Shown: positions 35,901-44,746, counted from the stretch's first letter. The stretch: 64,000 nt of DNA from Planctomycetota bacterium (GCA_021325115.1 JAJPHU010000126.1:3066-67065); one strand, 5' to 3'. The notes: generated from the letters alone by a model not told the origin. Program-made: numbers and translations.

Positions 35901-36647
35901 CGGGTCTATGCCGCCGCCAAACAAACCAATGCTCCGCACCGTCAGGGCCACCTGGCCCTGCTTGACGTAATCGCCGCCCACGGCGGTGTTGCTGTTGGTC
36001 AGGGCCGCCTGGAGCTGAGACAGAGTGACGCCGTAACGGCGAAGTCGATCCGGGTCCGGCTGAACTTCGTAGCGCCGCACTGTGCCGCCGAAACTGACCA
36101 CATCCACGATGCGGGGCACACTGCGAAACTCACGCTCCAGCACCCAATCTTGCAGCGCCTTGATATCGTTGAGGGTGTAAATGTCGCGGCCATCCGGCCC
36201 TTTGGGGGCTTTGAGGATATAGCGGTAGATTTCGCCGGTGGGCGATTCGGGCGAGATGCCAGGCGTCACGCCGGGAGGCAGCGGTTGGTTCAGGGTGCCC
36301 AGGCGGTTGATGACTTCCTGGCGACAAGCCTCATACGTGTATTGAGGTCCGTAATGCCAGTTCATCTTGATGTCGCACAGGCCGTAGAGCGACTGACTGC
36401 GGATGGTTTTCAAGCCGGGCATGCCGGCGAAGGTCACTTCCAGAGGGATGGTGACTTCTCGCTCGACCTCTTCGGCGGAGGCACCGGGAAACTGCGCCAC
36501 CACTTCGACAATAGCCGGTGCCGGATCGGGATACGCCTCGACGTTGACATTGAGGAACGAATAAACGCCGACCCCCGCCAGAGCAACAGCCGCAAGGACT
36601 ACGACGAGAGGATTATGTAACGCTATATCGATGAGCTTGCGAACCAT
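32919..36647 (-). CDS. RND efflux permease (CusA/CzcA-like, HME type) with large periplasmic insertions
   Basis: IDIALHNPLVVVLAAVALAGVGVYSF, GAVDFGIIVDSSVIMVENI, AVGFVSLFGVAIMDG and the overall 12-TM layout fit. It is 1243 aa against ~1040-1060 for typical CusA/CzcA. Confidence 0.9.
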   Translation of the reverse strand: MVRKLIDIALHNPLVVVLAAVALAGVGVYSFLNVNVEAYPDPAPAIVEVVAQFPGASAEEVEREVTIPLEVTFAGMPGLKTIRSQSLYGLCDIKMNWHYGPQYTYEACRQEVINRLGTLNQPLPPGVTPGISPESPTGEIYRYILKAPKGPDGRDIYTLNDIKALQDWVLEREFRSVPRIVDVVSFGGTVRRYEVQPDPDRLRRYGVTLSQLQAALTNSNTAVGGDYVKQGQVALTVRSIGLFGGGIDPVNKVLGFEHQEAETYLAQLDIPSAQKERIRAGLRQQLVDPAYPQHWGLPTVLTFFDRLAGRKVPVALSEEEREHVRIINQRSARRAADVLRMEELRRIHDIRSLVISSVNNQPVRVEDVVEGGRPYPGALPGERGVVVSHRTRLGRVGYWKADHPRPSGSRLSLIDVGHDEDDKVECIVLLRKNEETLPAIKDVKKKVEELNDPTSGRLLPGVEIEPFYDRADLLHVTTETVTENLFVGIALVVLILFLFVNNVRTAVIVAINIPLALLFAFSVLYLRGRSANLLSIGAVDFGIIVDSSVIMVENIYRHLASGEHAELPLRQRILRASHEIERALLFSTLIMVCAFIPLFTMTGPEGQLFGPMADTYAFALIGALVLATTLTPVLCLFLFQNFQPVEENFLMRWLRRRYLRQLQICLKYRWATLAVICSLIAGTAFLLPRVGREFMPELEEGNLWIRGTAPLNYTLERQVEISKQARAIIASYPEVESIVAQLGRPDDGTDPAGFYNSEYFVPMRPEKDWPRLVPLSGWRRWLWGPMRPRTKREIVEAMNDELEQKIPGITWNFSQNIRDNVMEALSGVKGDNSVKIFGPDLDELEKLATRVKNVLQDIRGIENVGIFHIRGQSHFEFRVDPQKCAKYGVQTADVNNVVQSALGAQPQTNMIEGEKRFDIAIRWPQKLRSNESSILDIPIDILNNQVILPPGANSLVPSAFGTNHPPPSTVGTLTRTDNPITQQAPRLRLRDLVSPVGDDGAPDPNGQFERTGASDIYHENGKRMIALKFSVRGRDLGSTVAEARKRTQAIFHAPYRAVWSGEFEEMEEAERKLMFIVPLSLGLICVLLFMAFHSLLDTVVVLSNVLALTIGGLWALLLTRTNFSISAAVGFVSLFGVAIMDGLILISSFNAHRAQGLPLYEAIMQGAAKRVRPVMMTALTAILGLLPAALSTKIGSQTQRPLAIVVVGGMVITLFLTRYLMPVLYSFYGHREPPEGSGSLAH

Positions 36648-36731
36648 GAAGATGTTCCACGTTGAGCGGCGAGCCATAGGCGAGCATGGGCAACCCCGCC
36701 CGCCAACTCGCGGGACTGACTCTGCACTCGC

Positions 36732-38375
36732 CTACGGCTCGCCGCCAAACGATTTATCCTTGCCCGGGCGCGATTCCAAGTCGAGTAGAGCAGCCTTGAG
36801 TTCACCTACGCCGGAGCGGAGAATGCGTTCACCGGGGCGGAGCGGTCCCAACGGCAGCATTCCCATTTCCTGTTCCTCCGCCGTGAGCTGCTCGCTCTTG
36901 TCGAAGGGTTTGCTACGGACAAACGCCGTCTTCTCGAAACGGTGCGTTAGCTGAACGCGGCGCATCGTGTAGTGGTGTTGGACTGGATCGGTCTGCACAA
37001 AGACGACGGCGTATTTGCCGTCCTCCACCACGGCATCGATCGGCACTTCAACCACGTCCTTGGGCGGCGGGATCTGGATCGTACAGGAAACGAACTGGCC
37101 GCTGCGGATCTGTTCTTTGGGATTGTCAATGTAGCCCTTGATGACTGCTGTATGCTGATTGGGATCGATTAGATAGCCAATCTCCTCAATCTGTCCTTTG
37201 AGTCCGCTGATGGAATTGGCCCCGACGGTTTGCACGCTCCAGGTCCGCTCCTCCGGCCGGAGGGCGTTGAGGGTTGGCAGTTCATCCTCCGGGGCGTTGG
37301 CGATGACAAGGAGACGATCTACCTGAGCGATCTGAAATAGATTGATTGTCGGATCTTGCACGATCTCATGCACGGTAATATTGCGCTCGACGATTCGGCC
37401 ATCGAAGGGCGCCCGCAACGTCACCTTGCCCCACGGATTCTCGTTCTCCTTGTCCGGATCGTGGCCGGTGGCTGCCTGCTTCTCTCCCCTGACCCAACGG
37501 CCCTCGCGGGTCTTGAACCAAGCGTCCTTGTTTTGGCTGATTTTTTTGGCCTCTTCGTGCAGGGCGTCGATTTCTTCCTGAGGAATGTTCCACACGAGAA
37601 GGTTATTGAGGGCGCGGTTGATAGCGTTGCGATCCGCCTGCACTTTGCTCCACTGTGCGGCCAACATAAGCTCGGGAATGGCGGCAGATTTGCTGCTTTG
37701 CATGTCGTAAATTTTCTGATCCAGCTCATATTGGACCAAGGCGTCGAGAAGGTCGTTCTTTTTGCAGCCGACATCGATGCTGAAAAAGACACCCAGCACA
37801 TCGCCCTTTTTCACCCGATCGCCCGGGCGTAGCTCACGGTACTCGGTTTGCCCGGACACATTGCCCGGCTCTCCAGGGTAAACCGGATGCTCACCGATCT
37901 TGACGACCTCACAGGGAGCGAAGCGGGCACGGATGCGTACAAGACGGCCGGGATCGAGAGCAGTTGACCCATACAAGGTCAGCGGGCGCGTCTGGGTCGG
38001 TGCCTGGACGATTTCGATTTGATCTTGTCCGCCTTTGCGGATACCCAGCGCGATACGGACCGGTTCGGGCACCCGGAGCGTGTGCGGCTGGTCTTTGACC
38101 AGCTCCACGCCCAGTCGTCGTGGTGGTGCGATCTTAACGTCCTGCTCAGCGGCGGCCATTCCCGGCAGACGCACGCCCAGGACAAAGCCGAGAAAGACCA
38201 TCAGCACAGCTGCTACAATTAAGAGCAATCCGGCCGATCGTACCACCGCGACGAGCCGGCTCATCGTGTGCTTTCTGGCGATCGGTCCAGTAGATGAGAG
38301 AAGGGAAGTATCTCCCGAATCCACAATCGGGTTTGACGCTGGCGGGTTCATGGGAGAGGAATCCTCTAACTGCAC
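36732..38375 (-). CDS. RND efflux periplasmic adaptor (membrane fusion protein)
   Basis: N-terminal TM helix (LLLIVAAVLMVFLGFVL), lipoyl/barrel-sandwich motifs (PGDRVKKGDVL; TLRAPFDGRIVERN; VDAVVEDGKYAVVFV). Directly upstream of the RND permease. Confidence 0.8.
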   Translation of the reverse strand: MQLEDSSPMNPPASNPIVDSGDTSLLSSTGPIARKHTMSRLVAVVRSAGLLLIVAAVLMVFLGFVLGVRLPGMAAAEQDVKIAPPRRLGVELVKDQPHTLRVPEPVRIALGIRKGGQDQIEIVQAPTQTRPLTLYGSTALDPGRLVRIRARFAPCEVVKIGEHPVYPGEPGNVSGQTEYRELRPGDRVKKGDVLGVFFSIDVGCKKNDLLDALVQYELDQKIYDMQSSKSAAIPELMLAAQWSKVQADRNAINRALNNLLVWNIPQEEIDALHEEAKKISQNKDAWFKTREGRWVRGEKQAATGHDPDKENENPWGKVTLRAPFDGRIVERNITVHEIVQDPTINLFQIAQVDRLLVIANAPEDELPTLNALRPEERTWSVQTVGANSISGLKGQIEEIGYLIDPNQHTAVIKGYIDNPKEQIRSGQFVSCTIQIPPPKDVVEVPIDAVVEDGKYAVVFVQTDPVQHHYTMRRVQLTHRFEKTAFVRSKPFDKSEQLTAEEQEMGMLPLGPLRPGERILRSGVGELKAALLDLESRPGKDKSFGGEP

Positions 38376-38714
38376 CGATACTCCGCTCCTCCGACAAGCA
38401 AATGAAGTGCCGTAAAAAGATTAACGGTTGAGCAATTTGCAATTGCTTAATTGGAAGATAGTTGCAACAAATAACCGAGGAAAAGGCTTATCGAGAGTGT
38501 CGTTGGTGTCGGAGTGGAGCGGCCGAAACTGTACAAATTCTGGTCATTCTGAACGGAACTTGGTCACTCCGGAACGGCCGAGCGGTGGTATCATCCAAAG
38601 GACTGGCGGATAAAACCCTAGGGCAAGCGGCTCGTTTGTCCTACCGGGTCTTCCGTTAGCCTTTTAACGACGCGTTCGTAGAAGCGGCGCGAACCGATTG
38701 GGCGGATTCCGACC

Positions 38715-40193
38715 ATGAAGATACGTTTTTTTGCCCGGATGACCTGGCCCATCTTGACGTTGAGCCTCCTTACACTTGGGGGCGGCATCCTCGCAGCCTG
38801 GCTGGTTTACCACTCGCAGAAAGACGCCTTCAACGTTCTGGCGCGGAACGCAGCGAGCATGAGAGCTGCCGAAGAACTGGTGATCGCCTTGCGCGATATG
38901 CGGCACGAATTGCATCTTTTCCTCATCACCAAAAAGCGCAGCCATCTCGACGCCCTTCCGTACCGCGAGATCGACAAATGGCTGAAGGAGGCGGAGCGGA
39001 TGGCGGTGACAGAAAAAGGGCAGCAGCTCATCGGCCGCGTCCGCAAAGGTTACGATCGCTTTTTTGCGGATTTCCAGGATCTTCGTAACAATCCGCAAGT
39101 CCAGACGGAGCACATCCGTCAGTTGGCAGACAAGGTTCTGACGAACGAAATCTTGCAACCGGCCCAGGAGTATCTGGACAGCAACGAAGTCGAAATCGAT
39201 GCTCGGAAGGAAGAGTACAAGCTCGTTACCTACCGTATTGTGTTGGGCCTGGTCCTGCTGGGGATCTGCGGGGCGGCATCGGGGTTCGGCATCTCCTGGG
39301 CCATCAGCCGATCTATCGTCCGCCTCAGCGTGCCGATCCGCGACGCTGCCGGCAAGCTGAACGAAATCGTCGGTCCTATCACGCTATCGGCGCGCTGGGG
39401 CCTGGATGAGTTGGAAGGCGTGTTGCGAACGATCGCCGAACGCATCGGCGCCGTCATCGAACGGCTTCAGCAGAGCGAGCGCGAGGCGCGGCGGGCCGAG
39501 CACTTGGCGGCGGTCGGCCAGATGGCGGCCGGCATCGCCCATGAGCTGCGCAATCCGCTCATGCCTATCAAGATCCTGGTGCAGTCGGCCGCCGACCGTC
39601 ACCCCTCTCCCGGCCTGGATGGCCGCGATTTGGCGGTCCTCGAACAAGAGATCAGCCGGCTGGAACGCTCCATCCAGACGTTTCTCGATTTCGCCCGTCC
39701 GCCGCAGATTGAGAAACGAACCTTCGAGGCCCGCGCGGTTTTGGAACAGATCATTCAATTGCTGGAAGCGCGAGCCGAGCGGCAAGGCGTGCGCATCGAG
39801 CGATGTTTTCCCAATGAACCACTCTGGATCCAGGCCGATGTCGGCCAATTTCGCCAGGTCGTGCTCAATCTGCTCCTCAACGCCCTGGACGCCGTCTCGC
39901 GGGGCGGCACGATCCAGCTGGAGTTGCATAAAGAGAGTGGGAATTGGCTGAAATTCTCGGTGGCCGATAGCGGCTGCGGTCTGCCCCCTGGTCTGGGCGC
40001 CCAGATTTTTGAGCCATTTGTCAGCACCAAAGAGACCGGCCTGGGGCTAGGACTCTCAATCTGCAAGCGTATCATTGAGGCCCACGAAGGCGAAATCCAG
40101 GCCGCCACTCGGCCGGAGGGCGGCACAGTTTTCACTGTACGTTTACCCTGTTTGGTTTCAGAGCTGGCGAGCGGGGTGTGTCAACACCCCTAG
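38715..40193 (+). CDS. sensor histidine kinase (2 TM, HAMP, HisKA, HATPase_c)
   Basis: H-box AAGIAHELRNPL, N-box LLLNALDA, G-boxes DSGCGL / GLGLGLSICKRI. Divergent from the RND operon, with no adjacent response regulator. Confidence 0.9.
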   Translation: MKIRFFARMTWPILTLSLLTLGGGILAAWLVYHSQKDAFNVLARNAASMRAAEELVIALRDMRHELHLFLITKKRSHLDALPYREIDKWLKEAERMAVTEKGQQLIGRVRKGYDRFFADFQDLRNNPQVQTEHIRQLADKVLTNEILQPAQEYLDSNEVEIDARKEEYKLVTYRIVLGLVLLGICGAASGFGISWAISRSIVRLSVPIRDAAGKLNEIVGPITLSARWGLDELEGVLRTIAERIGAVIERLQQSEREARRAEHLAAVGQMAAGIAHELRNPLMPIKILVQSAADRHPSPGLDGRDLAVLEQEISRLERSIQTFLDFARPPQIEKRTFEARAVLEQIIQLLEARAERQGVRIERCFPNEPLWIQADVGQFRQVVLNLLLNALDAVSRGGTIQLELHKESGNWLKFSVADSGCGLPPGLGAQIFEPFVSTKETGLGLGLSICKRIIEAHEGEIQAATRPEGGTVFTVRLPCLVSELASGVCQHP

Positions 40194-40250
40194 TAGAAGC
40201 TACCGGGGTGTTGACACGCCCCGTTCACCGAGCTAGCCCTGCTCGCCAGA
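40162..40250. repeat. long inverted repeat overlapping the kinase stop codon
   Basis: CTGGCGAGCGGGGTGTGTCAACACCCC-tagtagaagctacc-GGGGTGTTGACACGCCCC..GCTCGCCAG. The left arm encodes the last ~9 residues (LASGVCQHP) plus the stop of the kinase. Confidence 0.6.
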
Positions 40251-40369
40251 CCAGAAAATTACAAGCGTCGAATCGATCTTTACAAGGCCGGAGAATACAG
40301 CCAAGATAATATTTCTTACTGGTTTTTCCTCGCCCGTTGTCTTTGGGAATGAAACAGGAACGAACGATC

Positions 40370-40852
40370 ATGGCGAACGATCGTGTGCCGATGACGAGAG
40401 AAGGTTATGAGAAACTCAAGGCCGATTTGGACCGCATGGAGAACGTGGAGATGGTCGAAATTACCAAGCGCATCGCCGCCGCTCGTGCGCTGGGCGACCT
40501 CAGCGAGAATGCCGAGTACCATGCGGCCCGCGAGGACCAAGGCATGTTGCAAGCCCGCATTGACGCACTGAAGGACAAATTGAGCCGTGCCTACATCGTC
40601 GATCGTAGCAATTTGCCTTCGGACACGGTCGTTTTCGGCACACGCGTGCGCATTAAAGATCTCGATACCGGCGAAGAAGAAGTTTACGAACTGGTCGGCC
40701 CCGGCGAGGAAGATTACGACAACAACAAGATCCTCACCACCAGTCCGCGCGGCCAGGGACTCTTGGGCAAAAAGCGCGGTGACATCGCCGTCATTAAGGT
40801 GCCGCGCGGTAACCTGCGCTATGAAATCGTCGAGATCTCTTTCCCCTCGTAG
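40370..40852 (+). CDS. greA: transcription elongation factor GreA
   Basis: MTREGYEKLKADLDRMENVEM..ITKRIAAARALGDLSENAEYHAAREDQGMLQARIDALKDKL..A.IVD. 160 aa. Confidence 0.95.
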   Translation: MANDRVPMTREGYEKLKADLDRMENVEMVEITKRIAAARALGDLSENAEYHAAREDQGMLQARIDALKDKLSRAYIVDRSNLPSDTVVFGTRVRIKDLDTGEEEVYELVGPGEEDYDNNKILTTSPRGQGLLGKKRGDIAVIKVPRGNLRYEIVEISFPS

Positions 40853-40954
40853 GGATAGTGCCTTAAGGCAGTCTTTGGATGCAGTTCCCAGCACGGGCTT
40901 GGCCAGGTCCTCGAAGGGAAACGGGGACTTGGCTGCTCGCTGCTCAGGGTAGGC

Positions 40955-41042
40955 CTCCCGAAGCAGGTGAACGGCCGGTGCCCGCCGGTTGGTAAGGTTT
41001 TACCAGCCAACGGATACCGACCGTTCACCTGCTTCGAGGAGA
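40955..41042. repeat. ~88-nt extended imperfect hairpin downstream of greA
   Basis: CTCCCGAAGCAGGTGAACGGCCGG...CCGACCGTTCACCTGCTTCGAGGAG, with an inner CCGGTTGGTAA/TTACCAGCCAACGG pairing. Confidence 0.5.
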
Positions 41043-41112
41043 CACACTTGCTGTTCGCTGTTGGGTGTCCCTCTCGATTCGGGTGAGCGGGGTTGCGTCA
41101 GCCTTCGAGTAG

Positions 41113-41158
41113 GTTTTCCCCTCTCCTCCCACCAAGGGGGAGGGAAAAGATCGCTCGC
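41113..41158. repeat. CCTCCC-loop-GGGAGG hairpin repeat (partial MITE-like copy)
   Basis: GTTTTCCCCTCTCCTCCCACCAAGGGGGAGGGAAAAGATCGCTCGC. Same type as 11246-11289 and 18114-18152. Confidence 0.5.
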
Positions 41159-41321
41159 ACGGAAGCCCTTCTCCACGCCCAAATCAAGAGAGACACCTTC
41201 GCTGTTCGTTTTCCTCTTGTATTCTCCTTTGCCATTGATACGATTCCAGTAAGTTGTAGAGGTAAAATAGTTCTGTCCACGTAGGCAGGAGTAGCACCAG
41301 GCGGAGGTGACAAGGATCGAG

Positions 41322-41591
41322 ATGGCGATCACCAAGGACCGCAAGAACCAGATTATTGACCAGTTCCGGCGCGAGCCTACCGACACGGGTTCTCCCGAAG
41401 TGCAGATCGCGCTGTTGACCGCGCGCATCAATGAGTTGCATGAACACATGCGTCTGCACAAGAAGGACCACGCCAGCCGGCGCGGTCTGCTCAAAATGGT
41501 GAGCAAGCGGTCCGGCTTGTTGACCTACCTGCGCAACAAGGATCGTAGCCGCTATCTGGCCGTGATTGCTCGGCTGGGTCTGCGCAAGTAA
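41322..41591 (+). CDS. rpsO: 30S ribosomal protein S15
   Basis: [70 protein letters not shown]. 89 aa. Confidence 0.95.
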   Translation: MAITKDRKNQIIDQFRREPTDTGSPEVQIALLTARINELHEHMRLHKKDHASRRGLLKMVSKRSGLLTYLRNKDRSRYLAVIARLGLRK

Positions 41592-41597
41592 AAATTG

Positions 41598-41684
41598 GTT
41601 TGCGATTTTCGGTTTGCGGCTTTCCGTGAAAGAATGAATTACAAAGTCTTGAACAGTGAAAACCGCAAACCGAAAACCGCAAAC
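41598..41684 (+). promoter_or_regulatory. 27-bp stem hairpin in the rpsO-pnp intergenic region (terminator/pnp leader candidate)
   Basis: GTTTGCGATTTTCGGTTTGCGGCTTTC ... GAAAACCGCAAACCGAAAACCGCAAAC (2 mismatches, 33-nt loop). The arms themselves are internally tandem (AAACCGCAAACCGA x2). Confidence 0.55.
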
Positions 41685-41776
41685 CGAAAAACTCGATTTG
41701 TTGAAATCCGTAAGCTGGCAGTCTGCTCCGGCCGGGAGCACGCCTTCACGGCGGCTCCCCACAGGAGGTATTGTCC

Positions 41777-43960
41777 GTGCAGTTTTGTCGTGTTGAACGT
41801 CCCTTCGGTGCCCACTCCCTCATCTTGGAAACCGGCAAATTAGCTAAACAAGCACATGGCGCCGTCGTGGTCCAGTATGGGGAAACGGTAACGTTGACGG
41901 CGGCTGTCGAAGGCGAGATCGATGAAGGACGCGATTTCTTTCCTCTCGTCGTCGATTACCGCGAGAAAACCTATGCCGCCGGCAAGTTCCCCGGCGGCTT
42001 CATCAAGCGTGAAGGCCGGCCTACCACCAAAGAAATCTTAACCTCGCGCCTCATCGATCGTCCTATCCGCCCGCTCTTCCCTGCCGATTATTTCAATGAA
42101 GTGCAGATCATGGCCAGCACCTTGGCCGTGGACCGTGACAACGATCCAGACGTCCTGTCGATGATCGGCGCCAGCGCCGCGTTGCACGTCTCGCCTATTC
42201 CGTTCTTGCAGCCGACCGGCAGCGTCCGCGTCGGCTACATCGGCGGCGAATTCATCCTCATGCCCAGTCAAGCGCAGCTGGAAGAGAGCGATCTCGATCT
42301 GGTCCTGGCTGGCACGCGCTCGGCCATCACTATGATCGAAGGCTTTGCCCGCGAGATGCCGGAAGCGGACATGCTGGAAGCCATCGTTTGGGGTCATAAG
42401 CACATCGTCACTGTCATCGACATGATCGAGGAATTGCGGGAAAAGGCCGGCCTGGGGGTGAAACAGCTGCCGCCCCCGCCACTGCCTAATCCGCTGATCG
42501 ACGAGTTTCGCCAGCGCTTCGGTGCGGAGATGCGCGAGCGCAAACAGACGCCCGGCAAGGCCGATCGCGCCGCCCGCATCCGCGAGTTGCGCGAACGCAT
42601 CTTTGCCGAATACCTGCCCGAGGACGGCGAGGCCAAATATACGCCGGAGCAAGTTTCGGCTGCCTTTGCTGCCCTCGAAGAGCGTGTGGTACGCGATCTC
42701 ATCCTGGAGGGCAAGCGTATCGATGGCCGCCATCCCAAGCAGCTGCGGCCGATCACCTGCGAAGTGGCCCTGCTGCCACGCGTCCACGGTTCGGCCCTGT
42801 TCCAGCGCGGCGAGACGCAAGCGCTGGTGACGACCACGCTGGGCACCGCCAGCGATGAACAGCGTGTGGATGGTCTCATGGAAGAATACAGCAAGAAATT
42901 CATGCTCGATTACAACTTCCCACCCTTCTCGGTCGGCGAGTGCAAACCGATCCGTGGGCCAGGCCGCCGCGAGATCGGCCACGGTGCCCTGGCTGAACGC
43001 AGCCTGAAGAGCGTCATTCCCGGGCCGGAAAAATTTCCTTATACGATCCGCGTTGTCTCTGACATTCTCGAATCGAATGGCTCATCGAGCATGGCATCGG
43101 TGTGCGGCGGTACCCTGTCGCTGATGGATGCTGGCGTGCCCATCAGCGATCCGGTGGCCGGCATCTCCATCGGTTTGGTCAAGGAACCAGATCGCTACAT
43201 TCTCTTGACCGATATCATGGGCGATGAAGACCATTTCGGTGACATGGACTTCAAAGTCGCCGGCACTGGCCGCGGTATCACCGGCATTCAGCTCGACCTC
43301 AAAATTGACGGTATCGATGCCGAGATCATCAAGGCGACGTTAGAACAGGCCCGCGAAGCCCGACGCGAAATCCTCAAGATCATGCTGTCCACGCTGCGCC
43401 AGCCGCGCCGTGACATCAGCAAGACAGCTCCGCGCCTGTTGACCCTGAAAATCAACCCTGACAAGATCGGCCTGCTTATCGGGCCGGGCGGCAAGACCAT
43501 CAAAGGCATTCAAGAAGCTACCGGTGCCAAAATCGACATTGAGGATGATGGTACGGTATATATATCACATAGCGATGCCGCCGGCGCCGAAGCGGCCAAG
43601 CTCAAGGTCGAGGCGCTAACCGAGGAAGTGCGTGTCGGCAAGGTCTACGAGGGCCGCGTCACTTCTATCAAGGACTTCGGCGCTTTCATCGAAATCCTGC
43701 CTGGTCGCGACGGTCTGTGCCACATTAGCGAACTGGACGATAAGTACGTCGGCCGGGTCGAGGATGTGTGTAAAGTCGGCGATGTCTTGCAGGTCAAGGT
43801 GATCGCTATCGATGAGCATGATCGCGTCAAGCTGTCGCGCAAGGTGTTGCTGCGTGAGCAGCACAAGCCGGCCGACGGCGGCGTGCCACCGCTGCCGCCG
43901 CTGCGGCGGCCGCCGGAGGGACGCCCGCCACACGAGCGCGCTCCGCGGGGGAGGGAGTAG
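41777..43960 (+). CDS. pnp: polyribonucleotide nucleotidyltransferase (PNPase)
   Basis: Two RNase PH domains (ETGKLAKQAHGAVVV; REIGHGALAERSL), plus KH (IGPGGKTIKGIQE) and S1 (VGKVYEGRVTSIKDFGAFIEI) domains. GTG 41777 lies 8 nt after AGGAGG. There is a Pro/Arg-rich tail. Confidence 0.95.
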   Translation: MQFCRVERPFGAHSLILETGKLAKQAHGAVVVQYGETVTLTAAVEGEIDEGRDFFPLVVDYREKTYAAGKFPGGFIKREGRPTTKEILTSRLIDRPIRPLFPADYFNEVQIMASTLAVDRDNDPDVLSMIGASAALHVSPIPFLQPTGSVRVGYIGGEFILMPSQAQLEESDLDLVLAGTRSAITMIEGFAREMPEADMLEAIVWGHKHIVTVIDMIEELREKAGLGVKQLPPPPLPNPLIDEFRQRFGAEMRERKQTPGKADRAARIRELRERIFAEYLPEDGEAKYTPEQVSAAFAALEERVVRDLILEGKRIDGRHPKQLRPITCEVALLPRVHGSALFQRGETQALVTTTLGTASDEQRVDGLMEEYSKKFMLDYNFPPFSVGECKPIRGPGRREIGHGALAERSLKSVIPGPEKFPYTIRVVSDILESNGSSSMASVCGGTLSLMDAGVPISDPVAGISIGLVKEPDRYILLTDIMGDEDHFGDMDFKVAGTGRGITGIQLDLKIDGIDAEIIKATLEQAREARREILKIMLSTLRQPRRDISKTAPRLLTLKINPDKIGLLIGPGGKTIKGIQEATGAKIDIEDDGTVYISHSDAAGAEAAKLKVEALTEEVRVGKVYEGRVTSIKDFGAFIEILPGRDGLCHISELDDKYVGRVEDVCKVGDVLQVKVIAIDEHDRVKLSRKVLLREQHKPADGGVPPLPPLRRPPEGRPPHERAPRGRE

Positions 43961-44047
43961 GACATTCTTGGCGAGCAGGGAGTGCTAATCCCTCGGGGAA
44001 ACTACCGAAGGGGTAGCACTCTCCGCTTGCCAATTGTTCATATTGGG

Positions 44048-44746
44048 ATGGCGCCAATCGTGGTCAATCAAGAATATGCTGAGCTGGCCGAGCTGGCGGG
44101 CGGTTTCGTCCACGATTTGAAAAACCACCTCAGCACGTTGCGCCTCAATCTGCAACTCTTGGCCGAAGACTTTCAGGAACCGCAGACCCAGCGCGAGCGC
44201 CGCGCCCTTGATCGCATCCTACGCTTGCAGAACGAATGCCAGCGGCTCGTGGATATCTCCAATGATTTTCTGCGTTTCGCGCGCGTTAAAGACTTGCAGC
44301 TGACTCCCGCCAACATCGCTGAGGTCATCGAAGAATTAACTGATTTTTTCGGTCCCATGGCGCGGGCGGCCAACATCGAAATCAAAAGCTACCTTCCTGC
44401 CGACCTGCCGCTGGTGGCGTTAGATCGTGATATGTTCAAACAAGCCTTGCTCAATCTGTTGCTCAATGCCCAGCAGGCGATGCCAGCGGGCGGCGAGATC
44501 ACGCTGCTGGCCCGCGCCGAGCCGGAAGGCGTGTTGTTCGAGGTGATCGACACCGGCCGCGGTATGACGCCAGAAGTATTGGCTCAGGCGTTTCGTCCGT
44601 TTTATTCGACGCGCAGCGGCGGCAGCGGACTCGGCCTGCCCACCTCGCGCAAGATCATCGAAGCGCACGGCGGCACGATCGCTGTGCAAAGCGAAGTCGG
44701 CCGCGGCACTAAATTCACCATCCACTTACCTGCCCTAAAAAAATGA
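44048..44746 (+). CDS. cytoplasmic histidine kinase (HisKA plus HATPase_c only)
   Basis: H-box GGFVHDLKNHLSTL, N-box LLNLLLNAQQA, G-boxes DTGRGM / GSGLGLPTSRKI. No TM or sensor domain, and no adjacent response regulator. Confidence 0.85.
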   Translation: MAPIVVNQEYAELAELAGGFVHDLKNHLSTLRLNLQLLAEDFQEPQTQRERRALDRILRLQNECQRLVDISNDFLRFARVKDLQLTPANIAEVIEELTDFFGPMARAANIEIKSYLPADLPLVALDRDMFKQALLNLLLNAQQAMPAGGEITLLARAEPEGVLFEVIDTGRGMTPEVLAQAFRPFYSTRSGGSGLGLPTSRKIIEAHGGTIAVQSEVGRGTKFTIHLPALKK

